DNA of 64,000 nucleotides from Dehalococcoidia bacterium (GTDB taxonomy: Bacteria > Chloroflexota > Dehalococcoidia > Lucifugimonadales > UBA3495). The stretch's first letter is position 1; every line of letters begins with the position of its first letter. The notes under the pieces are model-generated. The model had not been told where the DNA came from, did not search any database, and saw nothing but the letters and a program-made list of their open reading frames with translations. This document shows positions 17,510 to 25,223 of the stretch, piece after piece. The stretch lies in the NCBI GenBank assembly GCA_963692995.1, contig OY843611.1:1126748-1190747 (forward strand). Reading direction: 5' to 3'. The position numbers and the translations under genes are program-made.

Positions 17510-19268
17510 CTGGCTCCTTGGCTCCGCAAGATGGGTTGGTCTCCGGAACTTTTCCCGCTGGCTGGTCGGCGGCATTGGACGGGTCGGCGTGGGTTTGGGC
17601 CGGGGTAGCGGCGGCGGCTTCGGCTTCGGCGGCGGCTTCCGCGCCTTCCGCCTGCGTTTTTGCCAGCCAGTGCCGGATTTCCGCCGCTCGGCCCGTGGTC
17701 TCCAGCCACTCCCGCAACCGCTCTCCCAGGGCCTGGGCCTCCTCCGACGATAATTTGAGGCAATAGCCCACCACCGCCGCCAGCGCCGCCCCGGCCATGG
17801 CGTCGCCGTCCTGGGGCAGCCAGATCATCCGATGCCAGGAGTTGACCGCCGCCAGCGGCTCCGTCAACCGCGGGGAACGGGGGAAGAAGTTTCTTGACAA
17901 TTCCCGGAATTCTAGGGCAAAGGCGGCCCGATCACCTTCCAGCAGCCGCGTCGCCAGCGCGCGCATCTGGTCGGAATACTGTTCTGAGGTCATTTCTTCC
18001 GGCGGGTCGTGGTGGGGCCAGTAAGCGGCGAAGAGCGTGTCGCGCAGCGCGGCTACGTCTCCGTCGTAGCCCTCGGCCAGCCAGACGCACTCGTCATAGA
18101 GTTCGCCCAGGAAGGCGGCGTTGGCGGGAGTGACGCATTCGCCGGTGGTTCCGTCGGGCGCCGCAACCTTGACCCGGATAGTGATGGACTGGGCGCGCCG
18201 GTGGATTTCTTCCGGCCAAAGTTCCCGCGTGGGCAGGCCATGGTTGCGTGTCGGGTCGTATTCCAGCTTTTGGCTGTCCGGGCCGACGATGGCGATGCCG
18301 GCTACGGTCAGGCTGGGCGGCGGCTCGGTTGGCGCCGGATTATCCGGCCGGTTCCGCCACTTTGGACGTTGTTCCACCGGAGCGTAGCCCGCGGCGGGAT
18401 TGGCGTAGAGCGCCATGGCGAGGGTGTAGTCCAAGCAGTATTCTTGGGAGTTGGGGTTGGAATTGTCGATGTGGGCGGGCTGGGCTGGCGCGTTGACGTA
18501 GATGTCCGGGGCTTCCCGGTCGGCCCGCCAGCCGGTCCAGTAGGGACGCTGGCGGATGGCGGCGTAAGTCTCCGCCGATGGTTGGGTTTCGGCTTCGGCG
18601 TTGTCGTCGCCGGTCGCCGACCGGATTTGAGTCCACACCCAGAGTTCCTGCGCTTCCTGCTGTTCTTGCAGCTCCGCCCAGCCGTCGGCTTCCAGGATGC
18701 ACCACGCCCGGCCCGAATGGCTGACGAAACTGCACGGCAAGTCGGCGCGGTCGTTCCAGTCAATGTTGTATTCAATGCGATAGCGGCGGGCGCCGCTCCA
18801 GTGGGGATAGGCCGGCTCCGGTTCGGGCAAGTGGATTTCCCGCGCCATCTCGACGCCGGGGCCGGAACCGGCGCTTTGGAACAGTTCGTAGATCACGCCC
18901 TGGCAGCGCAGCAACTGGCCGGTCGTCGCGCTGTTCGGCAGCCGGCGCTGCGGAGCGGTTCGGGGCTGTCCGGCGATGCCGCCGATGACGCCGACTTCCA
19001 ACGCCCGCGGGCGGTCGGGAAAGGCCAGGGTTTTTATTTGGTCGCCGTTGATTCGGACCGGCGCCGGGTAGTATTCCAGCATCTGGGCCAGCCGGTCGGC
19101 GCCGACGGGGGCCGTGGTAGTTTGGGTGTCGCTGCTGATCACAAACTCGTCGCCGGCCGGGGCGATGATCAGGCGCAGGGGCTGTCTGGGCCGGTCGGGC
19201 TGCTGCGGCCAACGCAAGAGCCGGTGCAAGCCGTTCAGGGATGCGATGTTGGCGGTGGGACTGGTCAT
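17493..19268 (-). CDS. Large hypothetical protein (591 aa), first gene of the operon
   Basis: ATG 19268 preceded by AAGGAGG. In-frame upstream ATGs at 19304 and 19367 lie in repeated leader copies. No motif recognised. Confidence 0.7.
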   Translation of the reverse strand: MTSPTANIASLNGLHRLLRWPQQPDRPRQPLRLIIAPAGDEFVISSDTQTTTAPVGADRLAQMLEYYPAPVRINGDQIKTLAFPDRPRALEVGVIGGIAGQPRTAPQRRLPNSATTGQLLRCQGVIYELFQSAGSGPGVEMAREIHLPEPEPAYPHWSGARRYRIEYNIDWNDRADLPCSFVSHSGRAWCILEADGWAELQEQQEAQELWVWTQIRSATGDDNAEAETQPSAETYAAIRQRPYWTGWRADREAPDIYVNAPAQPAHIDNSNPNSQEYCLDYTLAMALYANPAAGYAPVEQRPKWRNRPDNPAPTEPPPSLTVAGIAIVGPDSQKLEYDPTRNHGLPTRELWPEEIHRRAQSITIRVKVAAPDGTTGECVTPANAAFLGELYDECVWLAEGYDGDVAALRDTLFAAYWPHHDPPEEMTSEQYSDQMRALATRLLEGDRAAFALEFRELSRNFFPRSPRLTEPLAAVNSWHRMIWLPQDGDAMAGAALAAVVGYCLKLSSEEAQALGERLREWLETTGRAAEIRHWLAKTQAEGAEAAAEAEAAAATPAQTHADPSNAADQPAGKVPETNPSCGAKEPDEQRQ

Positions 19269-19463
19269 GGCTGCCTCCTTGGGGCGTTGCGGTGGGGCCG
19301 GCATTGCCTCCTCTGGGGCGTTGCGGCGGGGCGAACAGATACCGCACCGGGTGGTGAACGCCGGCATTGCCGCCCTGGGCGTTGCGGCGCGGCGGGGTTA
19401 AAAGCAAATCCGGCCCGGTCGCAACCGAGCCGGAAGTCCGGCGGAAGACGCTGATCCCGGCCG

Positions 19464-20237
19464 CTATTCCGGCTGTAGATCCCGCTGGTCGAACTGGAAC
19501 CACCGGACCACGCCCTGGGCAATCAGCGCGTCCACCGCGTGGTCGTTGCGCAGGCTGATGATGAGGGGCGTCGCGTTCAGCCCGGTGAACTTGGTCAGAA
19601 ACTCCGCGTTGCGCTGCGCCCGTTGGACGTCCCGGAGGTCGGCGGTGTACGATGCTTCGCCGGCCAGGTAGAACTCGGCGCCGGCCGGGTCGCGGACTTG
19701 GATCACCAGGTCGGCGTTGTAGAAGCTGCGGCGCTGGCCGAAGGGAATGTCCGCCGCGTCGTCCTGCCGGCGGACCAGCTCCCGCAGGTCGGCGCCGTCC
19801 AGCTGGGCGATGATGCGGCAGCCCAGGCTGGCGGCGATGTCGTCAGCCCGGTCCCGGGCCAGACGCCCCGCCACGTGGCCCTTGAGATCGCCCAGGTCGT
19901 CGGTGATGCGCTGCAAGCGGTGGGTTACGGCGGCGTTGAACTCCCGCTGTTCTGCGTTGAACTGCTTTTGCTCTGCGTTGAACTGCTTTTGATCCGCGTT
20001 GAACTGCTTTTGATCCGCGTTGAACTCCTGCTGCTCCGCTATGAAATTCGTGACGTTGACGTTGAACTGCTGCTGCTCCGCTATGAACTTCGTGACGCTG
20101 GCGGCAAACTGCGCAAACCGCTCCGGCAACTGCCGCAGCTCGTCGGACAGCACCAGGCTGCGAACCTGTTCCAGAAAGGCGGGGTCTTCTTGCAGCGTCC
20201 GCATCAGGCGGAGCTTTTCCGATTCATTTAGTGTCAT
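19464..20237 (-). CDS. Coiled-coil tandem-repeat protein with PD-(D/E)xK-like C-terminal domain (paralogue of 1001-1852)
   Basis: VLSDELRQLP N-terminal motif. FN(A/V)(D/E)QKQ heptads. C-terminus DLVIQV...YLAGEASYT. Confidence 0.8.
   Translation of the reverse strand: MTLNESEKLRLMRTLQEDPAFLEQVRSLVLSDELRQLPERFAQFAASVTKFIAEQQQFNVNVTNFIAEQQEFNADQKQFNADQKQFNAEQKQFNAEQREFNAAVTHRLQRITDDLGDLKGHVAGRLARDRADDIAASLGCRIIAQLDGADLRELVRRQDDAADIPFGQRRSFYNADLVIQVRDPAGAEFYLAGEASYTADLRDVQRAQRNAEFLTKFTGLNATPLIISLRNDHAVDALIAQGVVRWFQFDQRDLQPE
19934..20100. repeat. In-frame 21-bp tandem repeat (~8 units) inside CDS 19464-20237
   Basis: GTTGAACTGCTTTTG(A/C)TC(C/T)GC units, several of them identical. Confidence 0.9.
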
Positions 20238-20369
20238 GGCATTAGTTCCATCTCGATAACGCTTGACTTCCGATTGTAGCACCGTTGTGGCACCGTTGGA
20301 GGTCGTCGGGGGCCAATCAAAGGCCGTCGGAGGCCGTTGTAGCACCGTCGGAGGCCGTCGGAGGCCGGA

Positions 20370-20759
20370 TCAGCCCTGGGCCATAGCCCATTCGTAACAC
20401 TCGGCGCACACCGCATACCCTTGCGGCTCGGACCCCCAGGGCAGCGTGGCCCACAATTGTCGGGTCTGGCCGTCATTGGTGACGAAGTGCGGCCCGCGAC
20501 GGCCCGGCGGCGGCGCTCCGTAGCGCGTTGCCAATATCAATGCCGCCGCCGGAACCGCGTCCGATAACGAACAGCGCGGCAAACCGGAGATTATTCCAAT
20601 CTCCATAATGCTATTTACCGCCTGCTGCGCGGCCTTCGGCCATTGGCTGAAATTGTCCCGTCGCTCCGGCTTCTTCCCGTGCATCAAGGCGCAGAGCGCC
20701 CGCTCCGCCGCGTCTCGTAGGTCCCGCAACTTCTCTTCCGGGAGCAAGTCATTCAGCAT
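20370..20759 (-). CDS. Hypothetical protein, paralogue of 20866-21294
   Basis: Shares IMEIGIISGLPRCSLSD, ATRYGA and C-terminal AVCAECYEWAM with its neighbour. Confidence 0.6.
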   Translation of the reverse strand: MLNDLLPEEKLRDLRDAAERALCALMHGKKPERRDNFSQWPKAAQQAVNSIMEIGIISGLPRCSLSDAVPAAALILATRYGAPPPGRRGPHFVTNDGQTRQLWATLPWGSEPQGYAVCAECYEWAMAQG

Positions 20760-20865
20760 CAGTCCCTCCGTGGGTGGATGTCATTTCGGCGGTTGGCGGC
20801 GGCGTTTGCGCCAAGGGGTCGGCAACCGTACCCGCTGCCGGATCGCAATGCCGTCGGCGGCGGGA

Positions 20866-21294
20866 TCAGTCGGGCAGCATGGCCCATTCGTGGCACTCGG
20901 CGCATACGGCGTGCCGGCGCAACTCCGGGTCCGACTCCGATTTCCGGCTCCCGTAGAGCCACCACACCCGTCCGCCGTGGGCGGCGAAGTGCGGCTCCGG
21001 ATGATCCGGCCACTTGGCCCCGTAGCGGGTTATCAGCTCCGCCCTCCGCCGGGGATCGGTCAGGGCGCAAGGCTGCAACCCGGCGACTAGCCCAATTTCT
21101 ATAATGAGGCGGGTCAGATCGGGCCAGTCCACGGGGGGCCGGCGGGCTTCGTTCCGGCTGAAATCGGGCCACTGCCGGCTGATTTGCGCCTGTTGCAACC
21201 GTCGCAGCAGGATCAGGGACCGCGCGGCCCTTTTCTGAATGTCTCGCAACCGCTCTTCCGGGTGGCTGGCGCTTTGGTTAGGGTCGTCTGCCAT
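20866..21294 (-). CDS. Hypothetical protein, paralogue of 20370-20759
   Basis: IIEIGLVAGLQPCALTD, ITRYGA and AVCAECHEWAM. ATG 21294 overlaps the upstream stop (TGATG). Confidence 0.6.
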   Translation of the reverse strand: MADDPNQSASHPEERLRDIQKRAARSLILLRRLQQAQISRQWPDFSRNEARRPPVDWPDLTRLIIEIGLVAGLQPCALTDPRRRAELITRYGAKWPDHPEPHFAAHGGRVWWLYGSRKSESDPELRRHAVCAECHEWAMLPD

Positions 21295-21521
21295 CAGCGT
21301 TCTTGCCCCTCTTCCGGTGTGGCCGGCTCTAGCGGCGCTGCTTCCGTCTGCTGAGCCACCGTGGGCCAGCAGCCCATGGCCCGCTGCGCCGCCTCGTCCA
21401 GCTCCGGGTTCCGGTATTCCAAATAGCAGCCGTACCAGTCGCAGCGCTCCGCTACGCAATCGTACTGGGCCGCCGCGCCTTGGTCCTCACGGCGCCGGCC
21501 TTTCACCATGCTTCCGGTCAT
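21294..21521 (-). CDS. Small Cys-rich protein (75 aa)
   Basis: ATG 21521 preceded by GGAGGAG. Contains CVAERCDWYGC. Confidence 0.5.
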   Translation of the reverse strand: MTGSMVKGRRREDQGAAAQYDCVAERCDWYGCYLEYRNPELDEAAQRAMGCWPTVAQQTEAAPLEPATPEEGQER

Positions 21522-21604
21522 CAGTTCTCCTCCTGGCCGGCCGCTTGACGCCGACCTCCCAATGCTGGCCGCGACGCTTTCCGCCGCCAATCAAACTTCG
21601 CTGC

Positions 21605-22984
21605 CTACCCCCCGTCCGGCCCCTTCTTCCGCTTCGGACGCTCCAGCGACTGACCCATTTCCAGCAGCAGCGTCTCCCCCCGCGACAGCACCCGCCGCCG
21701 CTGCCGCAAGCGTCCGTCATTGTCCAGAATCCGCGTCAAACTCGGCGGCAGTGGCTCCGTCGGACGCCCGGCCAGCTTGCAAACGTGGCCGTAACTGAAC
21801 TCCTTCCGGTTCGGCCCCCACTGGCTGTCCGCCGCCGCAAACGCCACCCGCGCCCCCGGATACGGCCCGTTGAACGTCTCCCGCTGCAACTGATCCGCGA
21901 CGTCTTCCTCAATCCGCTCCACCAGCGACGGCGCAAAGGGCAGCAAGCAGTAAATCCGTTGCTCGCCGTCGGCCGGCGGCGGATCGAAATACCCCGTAAC
22001 CTTCTCGTCGTGAACCGGCGCCGCGATGCGCCAGATCGCTTCCTTGACCGACTGCGCCACCATGACGCAAGCCTGGCGCTCCTCGTGGCTGATCATTCCG
22101 TCCGCGTAACTTCGCTTGGCCGACCGACCGGCTTGATACGGCAAGTCCGCCATCTCCAGGCTCAGCCAGCGGCTCTCCCGCAAGGCGAACATCGACGCCG
22201 TTTCGGCCAATGTCCCCGACTCCGGACGAAACCGCCAGCACGCTTCCACCGCCGCCAGCCCCAGCGCGACCCGCTCGTCCAGCGCCGTCAGCGACCCCGC
22301 CGTCCGGTTGTCCGTAAGCAGCGATGGCGTCGTTCCAATGACGCTTTCCGCCTCGGACCACAGGTCGTAGTCCCGAATGTTCTGCTCCAGCGCCCGTTCC
22401 GCCGGCAGACAATAGACCGGCAGAAACCGGGTCTGGGGAAAGCGGCTGGCGACGTGTTCGTGGATCAAGTGCCCCAGCCGGGCGTGGCCGCCGAAACCCA
22501 GCCACTCGATGATGAGCTGGGGCCGGGAGCCGATCTCGTTGGCCCGGCGTTCCATCTCGTTCACGATCCGTTCCACGTCCCGCTCAATCGCCCCGTAGCG
22601 ATCCATGAAAAAGTTGGGCTGGCGCAGAAAGCCCTCGGACAAGGGCAAATACTCCGGCACGACGCTGAGGCGCTCCAGACCGGACTCCTGGGCCGCCTGA
22701 CGCCACAAGCGGATGTTCGTCGCGTTGCAGTCGTACACCACCAGCGACTGGATGCGGCTGCGACAGCCCAAGGCGGTCATCTTCCGCGCCCACAGCGCGC
22801 TGCGCTGCATTCCGGTGGAACCGACCGAGAGGGATACGATGGGCGCCGGCTCCCGGTCCGGCGCGCCGGCGTCCACGCCGTTGAGCTGGGCCGGTGACGC
22901 GCCCATGTAGTAACGGTTCGCCGCCTTGGGCGCGCCGGCCCAGCTCCGGGGCAGCGCTGATCGGGGGTTCAGTCGCCAGGGCAT
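21605..22984 (-). CDS. Candidate divergent tubulin/FtsZ-superfamily (TubZ-like) protein with degenerate nucleotide-binding loops
   Basis: 459 aa. Ordered motif series: SVGSTG (res 53-58), YDCNATN (84-90), EGFLRQP (117-123), LGFGGHARLG (162-171), LPVYCLPAE (188-196), LLTDN (222-226). This matches the T1/T3/T4/T5/T7 order and TubZ-like spacing. The RBS AAAGGAG lies inside the end of the upstream gene. Confidence 0.45.
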   Translation of the reverse strand: MPWRLNPRSALPRSWAGAPKAANRYYMGASPAQLNGVDAGAPDREPAPIVSLSVGSTGMQRSALWARKMTALGCRSRIQSLVVYDCNATNIRLWRQAAQESGLERLSVVPEYLPLSEGFLRQPNFFMDRYGAIERDVERIVNEMERRANEIGSRPQLIIEWLGFGGHARLGHLIHEHVASRFPQTRFLPVYCLPAERALEQNIRDYDLWSEAESVIGTTPSLLTDNRTAGSLTALDERVALGLAAVEACWRFRPESGTLAETASMFALRESRWLSLEMADLPYQAGRSAKRSYADGMISHEERQACVMVAQSVKEAIWRIAAPVHDEKVTGYFDPPPADGEQRIYCLLPFAPSLVERIEEDVADQLQRETFNGPYPGARVAFAAADSQWGPNRKEFSYGHVCKLAGRPTEPLPPSLTRILDNDGRLRQRRRVLSRGETLLLEMGQSLERPKRKKGPDGG

Positions 22985-22988
22985 AATG

Positions 22989-23216
22989 CTAGTCTCCTTT
23001 GCGGTTTCGGGATGCGGGCGGCCGGGGGGAGCGGTTTCTTTGGCGGTAGGAACCGCGGGGCGGGAAGGCCGGCTGCGACGGTTGCTCCGGTTGCGACGCC
23101 GGCTCCTCCGGCGACCGCCCGCACTGCAAGCAGCGCACGTAGCGCCCGTAAATATCCCGATGCACCATCAAGTCGCCGTGACAGCGACGACAGCCGGCCA
23201 ACTTCCCTTGAGCCAC
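22989..23216 (-). CDS. Small zinc-ribbon protein directly upstream of the TubZ-like gene
   Basis: CRRCHG...CLQCG. GTG start. The stop is 4 nt before the next start. Confidence 0.55.
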   Translation of the reverse strand: MAQGKLAGCRRCHGDLMVHRDIYGRYVRCLQCGRSPEEPASQPEQPSQPAFPPRGSYRQRNRSPRPPASRNRKGD

Positions 23217-23228
23217 TTTCCTGCTTCC

Positions 23229-23645
23229 TTACTTCTCTGCTTGCCGACTTCCGGGGGCTGGCCTCGCGGAGCCGCGCCGCCGGTTTCCCTCAACTGCAAA
23301 CATCGCACGTAGGGCCCGTTCCCCATGCTCTCTCCCGTAGATGTTGTGCGCGCAGAGCGACGCTTGCACGGCCGGATCGGTGAAATCAACCGCAATCCCG
23401 AAGGCATCCAGCATCCGCAGGTCAGCGTCGGGACACTCCTCGCGCTCACTGCCGCACTCCTCACAGCGCGCCAATGCCGCCGGGTGAACGAAGTCCGCCG
23501 AGCAGTCGCATTCCCAGTACAGGCCGGTGGTCAGAAAGTAGTCGCCCGGCCCGGCTCGGCGGGCGGCCGCGATGTCCGCGTCGCTGATTGACGCAACCGG
23601 CGGCGCGGGACGGTTTTCCCTGGGGGGTAATTCAGTTGCAGACAT
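23229..23645 (-). CDS. Cys-rich hypothetical protein (138 aa)
   Basis: ATG 23645 preceded by GAAGGAG. Contains WECDC...CEECGSEREEC. Confidence 0.55.
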   Translation of the reverse strand: MSATELPPRENRPAPPVASISDADIAAARRAGPGDYFLTTGLYWECDCSADFVHPAALARCEECGSEREECPDADLRMLDAFGIAVDFTDPAVQASLCAHNIYGREHGERALRAMFAVEGNRRRGSARPAPGSRQAEK

Positions 23646-23801
23646 TGCTGATGCTCCTTCGGTCTGAGACCTTTTGCTATTGCAGATAGCCCCGCCGGCA
23701 AAGCGATGGGGCGGATCGGGACGCTTTCGCCCCCCTCTCGGCTCCGGGAACTCCCGGCCCGGACGCCCCAGCGCGGGCCGGGGCATTGCGGCTACTACGG
23801 G

Positions 23802-24146
23802 CTAGGCGTTCATTCTCCACGCGGCGAGGGCCGCTTCCCCTGCCGAGCGAAGGGCTTGTCGATGATGCGCTTTGATTTGTTCCAGCAAGATGTAGCCTCT
23901 ATCCATCTCACGTTCGCTCAGCGACGTCAGTGGGGTTTCTGCCGTCAATCTCTGCGCGTCGGCGCCGGCCGCCTCGATTGCATTCGCTTCTTCACAAGCG
24001 GCATTGACGAACATCCGCGCTCCGTCCGAGGTCTCGCGCTTTTTCGCCTGGTCCGCCCACTCATTCGCCCGTTCCGTGCTTGCTCTCGTGGCCGCATATA
24101 ATTTCAGCAGTTCGTCAAGCAGGTTCGGATTATAGGTCGTGGTCAT
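23802..24146 (-). CDS. Hypothetical helical protein (114 aa)
   Basis: AAAGGAGAG RBS. Normal composition. Confidence 0.6.
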   Translation of the reverse strand: MTTTYNPNLLDELLKLYAATRASTERANEWADQAKKRETSDGARMFVNAACEEANAIEAAGADAQRLTAETPLTSLSEREMDRGYILLEQIKAHHRQALRSAGEAALAAWRMNA

Positions 24147-24260
24147 ATTTCTCTCCTTTGACCGGTCTCATCCGGGCAGTGGCGTTGCGCCGCCTTTTCC
24201 TTGCAGATAGCCTCTGGCGACGGTCGGCGTCGGGAAATGGGGTTCGGGCGGCCGGATTTT

Positions 24261-24776
24261 TTACCCGCCAAACTCCCGCGCTCGGCGCTCCCGCCGACAA
24301 ACCCGGCACCAGCCGTCGGCGCCCGGCTGGAGGTGGCCGCAGCCGATGCAATACGCCGGTTCCGGCCAGCGTTCCAGGGGCCACGGCGGCGGCGCCAAGC
24401 GCAGTATGCTGCCCGGCGGCGGCGAATAGGTCCGGACCGGCGTCTCCGCCGGGGCGGGCGTTTCTGCTGCGGCCGGCGTCTTTGCCGGGGCGGGAACCTC
24501 CGCTGCGGCCGGCGTTTCCGCCCCGGCGGGCGTCTTTGCCGGGGCGGGCGTCTTTGCCAAGGCGGCAGCCTTCGCCGGGGCGGGCGTCTCCGCCAAGGCG
24601 GCAACCTCTGCCGGGGCGGGTGTCTCCGCTGCGGCGGCAACCTCCGCCGGGGCGGGCGTCTCCGCTGCGGCGGCAACCTCCGCCGGGGCCGGCGTTTCCG
24701 CTGCGGACCCGCCGCTCTCCCCATCTCGGAATAGCGACAGCTGTTCTCCTGACGCCTTTCGGTTCGCTTTCGCCAC
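24261..24776 (-). CDS. Protein with N-terminal QLSLF (beta-clamp-binding-type) motif, ETPAPAEVAAAA repeats and C-terminal zinc ribbon
   Basis: GTG start. GEQLSLFRDG at residues 10-19. 36-bp tandem repeats. CIGCGH...CRVC. Confidence 0.6.
   Translation of the reverse strand: MAKANRKASGEQLSLFRDGESGGSAAETPAPAEVAAAAETPAPAEVAAAAETPAPAEVAALAETPAPAKAAALAKTPAPAKTPAGAETPAAAEVPAPAKTPAAAETPAPAETPVRTYSPPPGSILRLAPPPWPLERWPEPAYCIGCGHLQPGADGWCRVCRRERRAREFGG
24440..24720. repeat. Tandem ~36-bp repeats encoding (A)ETPAPAEVAAA units
   Basis: Visible periodicity in both DNA and protein. A related copy lies at 24850-24935 in the next gene. Confidence 0.8.
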
Positions 24777-24803
24777 GACCGCTCCCGCCTCAAACTCTTG
24801 GCG

Positions 24804-25223
24804 CTATAGCCAGCGTTCCAAGGGCCACGGCGGCGGCGCCCAACGGAGTACGCGGCGCGGAGTCTCCGCCGGGGCCGGCGTCTCCGCCAAGTCGGCCACC
24901 TCCGCTGCGGCCGGCGTCTCCGCGCCTTCCAGCTCCGTTAGCAGCTCTTCCAGCTCCGCCAGAGACGTAACCACCGCCGCTCTTCCGCCGGCCAGTCCGA
25001 TCCGCTCCAGCTCCCGCGCCTGACCCGGCGTCGCTTTCCGGCCCGGACGCTTCACCTCAATCCCCACAAATGTCCCATCAACGCAGGCTACGAGGTCCGG
25101 CAGCCCCCGCTGCTGCTGCGGCGATCCCACAATTTTGATAGCGTAGTGCCCCCGCTGCCGCAACCGCGCCAGCAAGCGCCGTGTCAGACTGCTCTCCCGC
25201 ATAGCTAACTCTTTTCTGGTCAT
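24804..25223 (-). CDS. VRR-NUC domain nuclease
   Basis: GLPDLVACVDGTFVGIEVKRPG (PD...ExK core). The tail ETPAPAETP...APPPWPLERW is shared with the gene at 24261-24776. Confidence 0.75.
   Translation of the reverse strand: MTRKELAMRESSLTRRLLARLRQRGHYAIKIVGSPQQQRGLPDLVACVDGTFVGIEVKRPGRKATPGQARELERIGLAGGRAAVVTSLAELEELLTELEGAETPAAAEVADLAETPAPAETPRRVLRWAPPPWPLERWL

Noticed and set aside
18009-19454. 481-aa plus-strand ORF
   Set aside because: Antisense shadow of the 591-aa minus-strand gene. No RBS and biased composition.
21239-22897. 552-aa plus-strand ORF
   Set aside because: Antisense of the TubZ-like gene. Arg/Pro-rich.
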